Positions 26,955 through 38,122 of a stretch of 64,000 nucleotides of DNA are shown here, piece by piece; within the stretch, counting starts at the first letter, position 1, and every line of letters starts with the position of its first letter. The stretch covers positions 8,282,873 to 8,346,872 of the forward strand of contig CM119264.1 of NCBI GenBank assembly GCA_051294375.1. The letters run 5' to 3'. Origin of the DNA: Paraspadella gotoi. Lineage: Eukaryota; Animalia; Chaetognatha. Below the pieces are notes generated by a model. The model was not told the origin of the DNA and searched no databases. It was given only the letters and a program-made list of their open reading frames with translations. A program made the position numbers and the translations under genes.

Positions 26955-27850
26955 CAGAACATTTTTGACTATGTCTCGTTCAATCCATCTGGGCATTCGT
27001 TATTGAATCTCGTTTCCACTACGGTAATTACAAGCGAAAACCACTTCTGATTACATTTCGTAAAGGCGTAATAAATGTGCGATTCTTGTTCGGCTCAACA
27101 GATATTTCTACTCCGCAGAACTTTAACATGACGGCGAAGCTAAAAATGTGTAAACGTAATGATAAGCTTAAGTAACGCATCTAGGTAAATATTCCATGTA
27201 TCTTACCTCCATGGGATGGTTAATGTCAGATAGTAACGAAAGGATTATTTCATAATATCCGTGACAAAGTTGTCTGAACGCATCATAAGTGACATTATAT
27301 GAGAACATCCATGATGCAATATATGGCCAATAGCTGACGCCAGGCATTGTGTTTTAAAGTAGAGTAAATCTTTTTAGTATGTTGTAATCCTCTTCGGTTA
27401 TGCCTTTTTTATTCACTTCGTCCGTAAAATGCTAATTTGCCCAAGGAAGAGTCCGGTTCTCTCAATCTTTCCATGCGTAAGTAGGCAATAGGGAAATGAC
27501 ATCTTTCCGTCGATAATTAAATCGAAATATTTCTCATCGTAATGTTTTCTTAAAAAATTGAAAACTGGTTCGAACACCTCTTTATGATTTTTTTTATCTC
27601 GACAACCTTTCGCAAAAGTGCCTCTCCTTCGGTCTGCATCGTCGTAGAGACAATCTTACAATTAAAACTCGTAACAATCTTTTTTACTAGCCTTAAAAAG
27701 ATTGTGTAAACTCCATGAGAAATCGATAACTGTCGCTGTAGGTTTAAATTTTACATATTTTGTAACAAGTAAATTCAATTTATTGCATATTTTCTGCTTT
27801 CCGCGATCAAGTTTTCCTCCAGCGTCGCGCGCCTTCGTCCTTCTCATGTC
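26955..27850 (-). pseudogene. Inverted PolB fragment retaining intron 1
   Basis: Reverse complement of about 36100-36970. Confidence 0.75.
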
Positions 27851-28779
27851 ACTATCGGATACATATACATTTACATTTAGATTAAATATTTTATATTTAT
27901 TAACGCCGGTCCCCTACGCATAAACCCTAAATAGTATAATATTTAATCTAATTGCAAAAACTGTGATGCGAACGGCCAATGATGAACAAGCGATGGGGAA
28001 GACGAGGACACGAGCGAAGACAAGTCCGGCCAACGACCACGAGACAAGGACAACCGGCGACAATAGCGAGACGCACATTCCCAGGACCTCCGCTCCTCAA
28101 CGGCAGAAGTAAGGTTAACTCATAACTAGTTAAGTGTATTAGAGAATATTTGTATCTAATACTTTGAAAAACAAACTATCTACATGAGGCTTGGAAATCA
28201 ACCACGCAAATGTGGTTTGCAATTATTTACCACGGGATGCTGATTCAGTAGACGTAGTGGTATCAGTTGTCATATTTTCGTTTTTTACTAACAATTCTTT
28301 TTTTATTTANNNNNNNNNNNNNNNNNNNNNNNNNTTTATGTCAGCGCGTTTTATTCGGATCCGTCGCCTTCGTCATCGTCATCGGCGCCGTCTCCGACAT
28401 CGTCGTCTCCTTTGTAAGAATTTACTCTATTTTTTTATGTGTACAAGAGTACAATTAAATTATTTTTTAATTGATTCTAAATACAATTATACTTTTGTTT
28501 CTCTAGAAACGGGACGGCGAAGGCGGAGGCGGCGATGAAACCGGAGGCGGGAGCGGCGGAGATGGATAATTCGATTAAGTAAGTTCATCGAGTTTGTTGT
28601 GTAAAGTTTACTGGGTTAAAAATAAGTATAAACGCATCATGCGAGATGATAATGATTTTTCTCATTTCTCCTTAACCTCATTCCTCAATTATTTTTTCTT
28701 CATTCCCTACCCATACTCCTCTTTACTCTCTNNNNNNNNNNNNNNNNNNNNNNNNNGCGCCAAACTAAGCCAATGGATG

Positions 28780-29330
28780 ATGGGGTCTTTTTCCATTTTT
28801 GCTTATATAGTTTTTGGTATGAGGGAAAAAAAGATTTCGAAAATTATATTTAATAGATTTAGACTAGGAAATTAGATTCGAAAGTACATAACAAAATAAA
28901 ATTAAACTAGCGCGCGTAGTACCACAAAATTTATGAGGTTTAGTTTATTTCATCACTTGTTCAAGATATTCTTTTAAGCATCGTAATTTCGAGCGCTAAA
29001 TAATACGAATATGCTATGCCCAATGAAGGGTCCGCAAGCTAGCCGCAAACATCATTTTTTGTAAACAAAAAATCGTTAAGTAAAAAATTTTCATTCAAAA
29101 TTTTTTTTTTCTTTTTTACTTTTTTCAAGAGTTTCGCAAGTAGGATGGAAGCGATAAGGGATGGAAGTGGGTTCCGTAAGAGAATCAAAAAAGTTTTTGA
29201 GAGACCCCTCTTTCTTTTAAAAAAAATGCCGACCACATTGATGGGGAAATGGCACAAATACAGCGAGCAACCATTGATCGCCTCTTCGTTTGAGGCACAT
29301 CCCCAATTTGTGGCTCATGAAAATCGGAGA
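28780..29330 (-). pseudogene. Degraded protease fragment
   Basis: Similar to 23200-23640, with many indels. Confidence 0.5.
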
Positions 29331-31084
29331 AAAAAAAAGAAAGAAAAAATGGGAATAGGTTACAGGGGGGTGGGGGCGGGTCGGGGCGGGGGGATCGGCC
29401 CCTTGGGTGGAGATAGATGCTGTGGAGTAAAACAAAATTTAAAGTTTAACGAGAGTTAAAACTTGAGAAAAAACGGAGAATGGAAAAAAGCGACAAGGAA
29501 AGAGCAAAAACGTAAAGCCATAGAGAGCGAATAGAGTGTACAGCATCTATCTCCAAGCGGGAGTCGGGAGCGGCGCCGCTGTCTTCCTCCTCTTCTTCGT
29601 CCTCCTCGTCACCCTCAAAGTGGCGAAGCGGCGGCGGNNNNNNNNNNNNNNNNNNNNNNNNNNNNNNNNNNNNNNNNNNNNNNNNNNNNNNNNNNNNNNN
29701 NNNNNNNNNNNNNNNNNNNNNNNNNNNNNNNNNNNNNNNNNNNNNNNNNNNNNNNNNNNNNNNNNNNNNNNNNNNNNNNNNNNNNNNNNNNNNNNNNNNN
29801 NNNNNNNNNNNNNNNNNNNNNNNNNNNNNNNNNNNNNNNNNNNNNNNNNNNNNNNNNNNNNNNNNNNNNNNNNNNNNNNNNNNNNNNNNNNNNNNNNNNN
29901 NNNNNNNNNNNNNNNNNNNNNNNNNNNNNNNNNNNNNNNNNNNNNNNNNNNNNNNNNNNTCGAGGAGGAAGAGGGTGGGGAGGATGAGGTTTGGGCGGCG
30001 GATTGGGTTTAGGGTTAGAAGGGGTTTTTTTATTTTATTTTACTTTTGTTTAAGGGGTAGAGGGGATAAGATTAAAATAAGAGGGGGTTTTTTTTATTTT
30101 AGTTAGTTTTTCTATTTATCCAAGATCCAGTATTTATCCAATTATTTATCCAAGAAATAAATATTTAGCAAATTTGCAGACATTAAAGATCTAATGATCG
30201 AAAAAAACAAAACAAGATTCTAGAATGATTTTTAACAAAGGGAAATAAAATTATTATTTGATTAAAACGGATTAAATAAATTACCTGATAAATTTACCAT
30301 CAATTGGAAAGCTTTGAAAAGTAAGAAAGTGAGAAGAAAGTAAGAAAAGTATTACTTCATCAAATTAATAACATCTTGTAATTGTTGGAGTAATATTTTT
30401 TTTACTTTCTTGACCGACCAAGTAGTATTTACCACGAGGTATCATGTTATATCCACATTTTTCTCTCGAAATGAGTTTTTTTGAATACCACCATTACTTT
30501 TTTTTTTTTTAATAGTTAATGCCATTCCCTTTCCCTCTTACCTCTTTCCACTTTCCTTATTCCTTATTGCTGAAGCTGAAAACAATTGCTCTCTGATCGT
30601 TTTTTCTCAATTTTAAATATACATTTACATTTAGATTAAATATTTTATATTTATTAACTGTCCCCTAACCCTAACCCTAAATATATAATTTTTAATCTAA
30701 TTGTAAATGTATATGTATATATGTATATATATTTATACAGGGTAGAGCACAAATGTTCTTTTATTTTTGTTTATTTGCGTATTTTCGAATTAAAAAGCGT
30801 TGTTGTTGTTGAGCACATTTTCTCTAAAATTTTGTGTCTTATTAGTCTTAGTATAGCATAACAAATTTCTGATGTTCTTTTGCTTTTTCTTTTTGCGTTG
30901 TATTTTTTCTTTTTGCATTGTATTTTTTTTTTCATTGTATTTTTCTTTTTTGCATTGTATTTTTCTTTTTTGCACGGACACATTCTTCTCTTAATTTTTC
31001 ATTATTCTTGCGAGATAATGTTTTACATCTCATATTATGTCTGCAAGAATATTGAAAAATTAAACATTTTCTTTATCTACTTGA

Positions 31085-31235
31085 AAATATTTACCCAGAA
31101 TATTGAATATTGTTTTTACATGTCATATTTACCCAAGATTATTGCAAATTGTTTTTACATGTCATATTTACCCAAGATTATTGCAAATTGTTTTTTACAT
31201 GTTATATTTACCCAAGAATTATTTTTTACATGTTA
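31085..31235. repeat. About 39-40 bp tandem repeat; inverted copies at 54020-54140 and 17670-17800
   Basis: Units of catatttacccaagattattgcaaattgtttttacatgt. Confidence 0.8.
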
Positions 31236-31719
31236 TATGTTTTGCGCGCAAAAATTGTTCATCCAGCCCTTATTTTTAATTTTGTTTTAGTTTTTATTTT
31301 AATTTTAAGAATGGGCTTTTTTTTAGTTTTTTTAATAATTAAGTTTTTTAAAGTTTTTTGTTTTAAAATAAAGATTTCAAATTGTCTTTTTAAAAAGATA
31401 GATGGTGACGAGTATAGAATAAGTTCAAACAAAAGATCTTGAGAAAGAACCTCATTAATATTTGGGAGAGAGTGAGGTAATTCATATGCATATCAATGAA
31501 ACTGTCATAGAACTCTCCGTACCTTTTATGACCTGTCATAGACACATCATATTCTCATCTCTGACAGTTGATACAAACGTTCANNNNNNNNNNNNNNNNN
31601 NNNNNNNNNNNNNNNNNNNNNNNNNNNNNNNNNNNNNNNNNNNNNNNNNNNNNNNNNNNNNNNNNNNNNNNNNNNNNNNNNNNAAAGATTTCAGGTTTCA
31701 GTTTAGATTCAAGTGGCCA

Positions 31720-32093
31720 CATTCTTACGGAAATTCTCCTTTGCTTAATCCTCACTTTGCGAAATACTTGAAAAAAGAAAAAGAAAAAAAAAAAATTTTT
31801 GATTGAAATTTGTATAACGATTTTTTGGTTTACAAAATGATTTTCGGCGGTACTTGCGCACCTCATTGCATCATATTCGCATTATTTAGCGCTCGAAATA
31901 TGATCTTAAAGATATCTTAGAAAAAGTGTACTGAATAAACGAACCTCATAATTTGTGGTACTACTGTACGCCCGCTAGGGTTTATTATCTGGTTCAGTAC
32001 TCTCTCACCAAACCTCCAATCCCTACTCCCCTCTCCTACATAACATCTCCGGACACTCTTTTTTTTTCCCTAATCAGAAACTATATAAGCAAA
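31720..32093 (+). pseudogene. Protease 3' part leading into module copy A
   Basis: SYGNSPLLNPHFAKYLKK...TC.PHCIIFA..., running into LIRNYISKMEKD. Confidence 0.65.
32078..32090 (+). promoter_or_regulatory. TATA-type motif AAACTATAWAAGC shared by element genes (also about 33386, 4309, 15338)
   Basis: The same 13-mer lies 30-100 nt upstream of three unrelated ORFs. Confidence 0.55.
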
Positions 32094-32930
32094 ATGGAAA
32101 AAGACCACGATCCATTTTGCTTATGTAAAATTTGTATTTTCTTCAAACAGAAAATATGTTGAAGAAAAACCGACCTCTTCGCTCCCGCCAGCACTCGAGA
32201 GCAAAAGCTGGCGGCCGCCGAGGTCAATCTTCACGCCACTCCCTACGCCGAGGTCAATCCTCAACCCAAACCCTACGCCGAGGTCAATCCTCACGCCAAA
32301 GCCTACGCCGAGATCAATCTTCACACCAAACCCTACCCCACTCCCCACGTCACCCTCAATCGGCCCAAGATTTTTTACGCCGCCGCGACAACCGATCGCA
32401 CCAACTTGGTGCCGGTCGCAAGCGGCGGCGGACGCGAAGACAAAGGGGGCTGGAGCCCCTTTTGTCACCCCAAGGTCCACAGATCCAACCGGTAACCCGG
32501 TTGGATCTCTATCGAAAAACACTGACGCAGTAACGTCTTCGTTACTGCGTCTTAGACTCGCAAGTGCGAGACAGGAGCAAAATTATCTCCGAACTCAAAA
32601 CTCAAACTTAAAAAGGAAATAAACGAAAAAGAGGAAAAACTAAGATTTTTCAAAGACCATGAGAAATCTCTCCAGGAGGATTTAGACTTCCTCCACCGCA
32701 AATCAAAGATTATCGAGATTGCGGTGGAGGATCGGGACACCTTCCTGGAAAAGGATGAAATGTTAAAAACTTTTAAATTTAGCGACGGAGACAGAGTCTT
32801 CGTCGTTAAAAAAAGGTGGCAAAATTGCATTTGCCACCTTCCTCACTGGGCTCAGTGATTTCGACCTCCCGATCCCAGTGAGCCCCCCCCCCGTCCCTTC
32901 CACCCCCCCTCCCCCCTGTACATATATTCG
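32094..32930 (+). CDS. Long overlapping ORF (ORF-L): HxxFCLCxxC motif, Pro-rich linker, coiled coil, conserved C-terminal domain; two apparent frameshifts
   Basis: MEKDHDPFCLCKIC...SWRPPR...KGAGAPFV..DPTGNPVGS..LLRLRLASARQEQ...LQEDLDFLHRKSKIIEIAVEDRDTFLEKDE...FSDGDRVFVVK..KIAFATFLTG.SDFDLP. Many third-position synonymous differences from B copies in the C-terminal part (cgc/cgt, atc/att, acc/act, aag/aaa, gat/gac). Confidence 0.7.
32156..32533 (+). CDS. Arg-rich basic protein (ORF-R), candidate viral core/DNA-condensing protein
   Basis: MLKKNRPLRSRQH..KAGGRRG...LGAGRKRRR.RRQRGLEPLLS..GPQIQPVTRLDLYRKTLTQ*. The ATG position is conserved in paralogs, and four differences from the copy at about 55839-55892 are all synonymous in this frame. 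Confidence 0.65.
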   Translation: MLKKNRPLRSRQHSRAKAGGRRGQSSRHSLRRGQSSTQTLRRGQSSRQSLRRDQSSHQTLPHSPRHPQSAQDFLRRRDNRSHQLGAGRKRRRTRRQRGLEPLLSPQGPQIQPVTRLDLYRKTLTQ

Positions 32931-33490
32931 TAGTTTAATTTTTATTCGCATCATTTTTCCTCGTTATTCTATTTCCCTTTTTTGATCCCCACTTATCCCC
33001 GACCCGATTCCCCAATTTTCTCACCCTCGTTCCCCACCTATCCCCGCATGCATTATCTCTTACCTATCGCTCGCTTAACGCTTTTTGCTCTTTTCTTGTC
33101 TATCCTTTTTGATTCTCCGTTTTTTCATTTTTCAAAATTTTTATCTCCAACTTTGATCCCCGTTTATCCCCGACCAAGTTCTCCGATTCTCTCATCCTGG
33201 TTTCCTACCAATCCCCAATTGTATTCTCTCTTTACCGTTTATCGCTTTGTTTTTTTTCCTCGATTATTCCCCTTCCTTCTCGATTCTCCGCTATTCCGAT
33301 TTTCCCCCCCCCACTACGGTTTTTAAAAAAAAAAATTTTTTTTCCACTAAAGTTTTAAAAAATGTTGTTTTTTTTTCCCCTTCGAAAACTATATAAGCGT
33401 CTAATCTTTTGTAAATATTTCATTATCTCAGATTCGAAAAAGACAAATCGATAATCTGAAGAGAGACACGACCAACAAAAAAAAAACACG

Positions 33491-34317
33491 ATGTTCAGCG
33501 ATGGGACATTTCATTTGTCCGAAAAATGTCGCATAAATTTAATAAACTCGTTATATTCTTACTTCGTGATTGTTGCCAAGGGAGGTGCGTCGTGCGCCTG
33601 TTCTCGAATCTCTCTGTCGTTGGGGGAGTGGCGTAGTCTCGCGTCGGCGTTGGACAACCTGGAGGCGGAATTGGAATCGTTAGAGAATCGATTAAAGAAA
33701 CCAGAACTCGGGCTGGAACCGAAAATTCGTTTTCTCTCTCATCAAATCTCCATCGCTGTTCACGTGAATAACGTTCGCGGCAAACTGTCGCCGGTCGTTT
33801 CTCTCTGCTTTCTCGATCAAGAAGGAGCCAAGGGCGCCTGCAGAACGCAAGATTCTGGCGTTTCTCTGACTCCGAGCGAATTTCGTGCCTTGAAATTCCT
33901 CTCTAGTTCGATCACTCGTCACATTTCGGAAAACGCGATTCGAACCTTCGTGGTGCGATCGGAAAACCGCAAGAACGTGGTCTCGGACATTTTGCAGATT
34001 CTCGAGTCGTTCGTCGAAGGCAAGTCGTCCTTCGGCTTGCGACTGAATCTGGCTCTCATTAATCAGCTCGAAGAGAATGATCCCAAAGTAGATGCAGATT
34101 GACTTTCGTCTGTATGAATACGGAATATAACTGAGAATATTGCATAATTTCACAAGAAAAGATCCTGATGCCATCGCTGAAATCAGAATCTCATACGAAA
34201 GACATTTTCGCCTATCATCGCTATTATGCAAATGGGTTTTTTTGCATACGACCAACATCTTCGTCTATCCATAGGATTTTTTTTTTGCATATGACACGGA
34301 TCACTGCTTTTTTCAGC
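33491..34317 (+). CDS. Tandem PC4/p15-like (ssDNA-binding fold) protein; probably continues past the 34102 stop through a frameshift
   Basis: Two PC4-type signatures, RISLSLGEWRSL and SGVSLTPSEFRAL, each after a beta-rich stretch. TATA motif at about 33387. Confidence 0.6.
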
Positions 34318-34417
34318 NNNNNNNNNNNNNNNNNNNNNNNNNNNNNNNNNNNNNNNNNNNNNNNNNNNNNNNNNNNNNNNNNNNNNNNNNNNNNNNNNNN
34401 NNNNNNNNNNNNNNNNN

Positions 34418-37400
34418 AAGATGAAAATGATGAAATAACCATAATAGGGTTTTTTTTTGATCAAATATCGAGGGTTCTTCACGAATCTTCCAACATATCG
34501 GAAATTTTGGACGAATGTTTCGGTAGATTGATAATTGAAATCGAGGACAAGACGACCACCGGTTCGAATCTCGTTTTTTTAGAAATAGAAAAGACAGATT
34601 TGACCATTTTAAAGATTAGTTCGGCCTTTAACGTGGGTTGTTATCAAAGTTCGGAACCGGAACTGAGATCAAAACGCGCCACCATCAATTTACCCTCGAC
34701 AAAGACCCAAGATGATTGCGTCAAAATGTCAATTTTGGCTTGTTTATTTCACACCGTAGTGATAAACCCGAGCAGGCGGTCTTGCTACGAACGATATATC
34801 GAGAAAATAAATATGGGAACCTTGAAAAATCCGTTGACGATAAATGATATTTCGACTTTGGAAACCCTAAACCCAGATTTGAGCATTAACATTTACCAAT
34901 ATACTAGGAAAAAAACAAAAATGAAAAAAAATGGTCCCGCCTCATTTTTTTTCCATTTAGAATTTCGGGGAAAAATAATTTACAGGGAATAAAAATATGC
35001 AATTTGCTCTTGTTACCCAAAAAAGAAATGGAGGAAAGGCGACATTGCGTTAGCGTGATCAATTTAAGTAGACTCGTGACGTCACAATACTCTCGTCACA
35101 AAGGATCTGCTTTCGTTTGTTTAAATTGTCTTTGTTGTTGTCGATCTCAGTTTGTTTTGGAGAGACATAGGAGACTTTGCGATGAGAAGAATATCAAACA
35201 AAATATTTGTTTTCCTCTCAAAGGAACTAAATTAAAGTTTGAAAAATACTATGCCAAATTTTACCAGGATGCGGTTATTTATGCAGATTTTGAAACTCAG
35301 ACGGAAAGGAGAAATTTCGTCGAACCTCTTCCAGATCCGGAATTAACCTTTGTTCCGGAAAAAATAAAAACAAAATATCCTTGGTGTCGCTTAAAGAGCC
35401 ATTTGAATCATTTAGAAAAAAATAAAGGATGTAAAAGTTGCTCATTCGCTAAGCCATGCGTTAAAATATCTAAAAATAGTGAAATATTGGCCGAATTAAA
35501 ACCCATAGCCTTTTGTTACATAGTTTCTACCACTTTCGATCATCCCGATTACGATATTCCTAAATATTACGTGGGATTAGATGCGGGAATAAAATTCGTA
35601 GAAATGATTCGCGAAGAGATGATTAGATTAAACGAGATTCTCAATAAAAACGAAAATATGATCATGACGGAGCAGCAAGAATTTGAGTTTCAAAACTCTA
35701 CTCATTGTCACGTTTGCGGAAAACCGTTTTTAAAAGGAAATGACAAGTCGGAAATGATTAAAACTAGGGATCATAATCATATTACCGGGTTGTATAGGGG
35801 TAGTGCTCATCAAGCTTGCAACCTGGCTTACGTGAACCCGAATCGCATCTCTTTGTTATTTCACAATACCCAAAAGTTCGATGGTCATTTATTGCTAACT
35901 TCTATAGCCGAAAAAAATGCCAATTATGCCGTAAAGACCATAGCTAATTGCATTCCTAAAAGCACTCAAGAGTTTATTACTTTCGAAATCATTTTCAATT
36001 GTGATTTTTGTAAAGATAAGAAAGCGAAGGGAAAAGATCCCGAATCGAGCGACGAGAGTTCGAGCGACGATGACGACGACGATAGCGATGATAGCGACGA
36101 TGAGAAAGACGAAGGCGGTGAGCTGGAAAGGAAAACTTGATCGCGGAAAGAGAAAATATGAATAAATTGAATTGTACTTGTTACAAAATATGTAAAATTA
36201 AACTACAGGACAGTTATCGATTTCTCATCGGAGTTTACACAATCTTTTAATGGCTAGTAAAAAGATTGTTACAGTTTAATTGTAAAGATTGTCTCTACGA
36301 CGATGAACGAAGAGAGGCACTTTTGCGAAAGGTGTCGAGAAAAAAAAATCCTAAAGAGGTGTTCGAACCAGTTTTCAATTTTTTGAGAGAAAATTACGAT
36401 GAGAAATATTTCGATTTAATTATCGACGGAAAGATGTCATTTCCCTATTCCTACATTACGATGAAAGATTGAGAGAACCGGACCTTCCTTGCAAATTAGC
36501 ATTTTACGACGAATTGAATAAAAAAGGCATAACCGAAGAGGATTACGAACATACTAAAAAGATTTATCTACTTTAAAACTCAATGCTTGGGTCAGCTATT
36601 GGCCGTATATTGCATCATGGATGTTCTCATATTAATGTCGCTTATGGATGCGTTCAGACAACTTTGTCACGGATATTACGAAATAGATCCTTTGTACTAT
36701 CTGACATTACCATCCATGAGGTAAAATACACGAATATTTTTACTGGATCGTACTTACTTAACTTATCATACTTTACTACTTTTTAGCTTCGCCGTCATGT
36801 TAAAGTTTTCGGGAGTAGAAATATCTCTGTTGAGCGAACAAGAATCGCACATTTATTACGCCTTTACGAAATGTATCAGAGGTGGTTTTTCGGGTTGTAA
36901 TTACCGTAGTGGAAACCGCGATCAATAACGAATGCGGAGGAATTGACGAAGAATAGTCAAAAATGTTCGTTCAATTTATATTACGATTTTACAAACTTGT
37001 AAGTAATGATCCGAGCTCAAAACCGTAATAATAATAATAATAAAATAAAAAATATAAATACAGATACGGTTATTGTCAAACCGAATATTTTCCCACGGGC
37101 GACTTCTATTCCTTTTCCGAACCGGAGTGCCAAAACTTGTTGACCGAGATTTTGGAAAAGCGAATTTATGACACGTGGACAGGTTTCGAAAAAAAAGGGT
37201 AAGCGTTCTTCGATGAAATATTGTTTTTAAGTTTTTAACCTTTTCTCTCGATTTTCTTTCTTTCGTTTGTGTTTTATTTTTTTCTTCTTACAGATTTATA
37301 TTAGAAATTAAATATACTATTCCGGAGAAAGTAAAGATATTTTATAGCGATTATCCTTTATTAACTACTAAGAGAAAAGTTTTAAAGTCGGAACTGAGTT

Positions 37401-37537
37401 TTTTACAATTAGAACTGATTGAAAAATATAAACAAAATATCGACGCATCTCCCAGACTGATTGCCGATTTATCGGACGGAGATCATTACTTTATACATTA
37501 TATGAATCTTAAATTAGTTTTAAGCTTAGGATACGAA
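34418..37537 (+). CDS. Polinton/Maverick (adintovirus-like) protein-primed DNA polymerase B with endonuclease VII-like insert; spliced, frameshifted, C-terminus missing
   Basis: Motifs in the expected order: TTTGSNLVFLEIE...SKRATINL...DDCVKMSILACL; HCVSVINLSRL...CLNCL...LERHRRLC; ExoI YADFE; CHVCGKPF...RDHNHITGLYRGSAHQACNL (EndoVII); ExoII FHNTQKFDGHLL; DSYRF; GKMSFPYSY; ExoIII YCIMDV...IDPLYYLTLPS; CIRGGFS; motif A YYDFTNLYG; GFILE...SDYPLL; HYFIHYMNLK. The sequence stops at the N gap at 37538. Confidence 0.93.
36721..36786 (+). other. Spliceosomal intron 1 in PolB (66 nt, phase 2)
   Basis: gtaaaa...ttttag. Removal gives LTLPSM-S-FAVMLKFSGVEISLL, matching the family motif. Confidence 0.88.
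36999..37063 (+). other. Spliceosomal intron 2 in PolB (65 nt, phase 2), splitting motif A
   Basis: gtaagt...atacag. Removal gives YYDFTN-L-YGYCQ. Confidence 0.92.
37199..37293 (+). other. Spliceosomal intron 3 in PolB (95 nt, phase 2)
   Basis: gtaagc...polypyrimidine tract...ttacag. Removal gives FEKK-G-FILEIKYTIP. Confidence 0.92.
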
Positions 37538-37547
37538 NNNNNNNNNN

Positions 37548-38122
37548 ACACTAATATTATTAATGAAGGGTTATTCAAAGAATTTTTATAGTTTAATTCT
37601 AATCTCGAACTACAGGTCTGTCGNNNNNNNNNNNNNNNNNNNNNNNNNNNNNNNNNNNNNNNNNNNNNNNNNNNNNNNNNNNNNNNNNNNNNNNNNNNNN
37701 NNNNNNNNNNNNNNNNNNNNNNNNNNNNNNNNNNNNNNNNNNNNNNNNNNNNNNNNNNNNNNNNNNNNNNNNNNNNNNNNNNNNNNNNNNNNNNNNNNNN
37801 NNNNNNNNNNNNNNNNNNNNAAAGTATAATAAGCTTCTTGATAATTTCCATTTGTAAAATTTAAGTTTTGAATGCCGATTCCAAATCGAAATGGTTAAAT
37901 TCAAACAGAGATCTGGCGATGTCTCCGAGAAACTGACTTTGTTTTACTTGCGCGATTATTACCGTCTCTGGACGATAGTTTTGATAAAATAAATTTTCTA
38001 TATAGGCGCTCTTTTGACCGCTGGGTATTACGTGGGGTCGAACCATAGAAAACCGGGTAGGCATCATTATTCCTCCCTTTTCGGTTATTTTTTCTCAATG
38101 TTGAGCTTTAAAGATGGTAACA
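37548..38122 (-). pseudogene. Second copy of the MCP C-terminal fragment (gapped)
   Basis: Near-identical to 23826-24372, with the same 5' junction. Confidence 0.75.

Noticed and set aside
32440-32470. Programmed -1 frameshift at CCCTTTT or AAAGGGG linking ORF-R to the coiled coil
   Set aside because: The heptamers are not in the phase needed to move from ORF-R to ORF-L.
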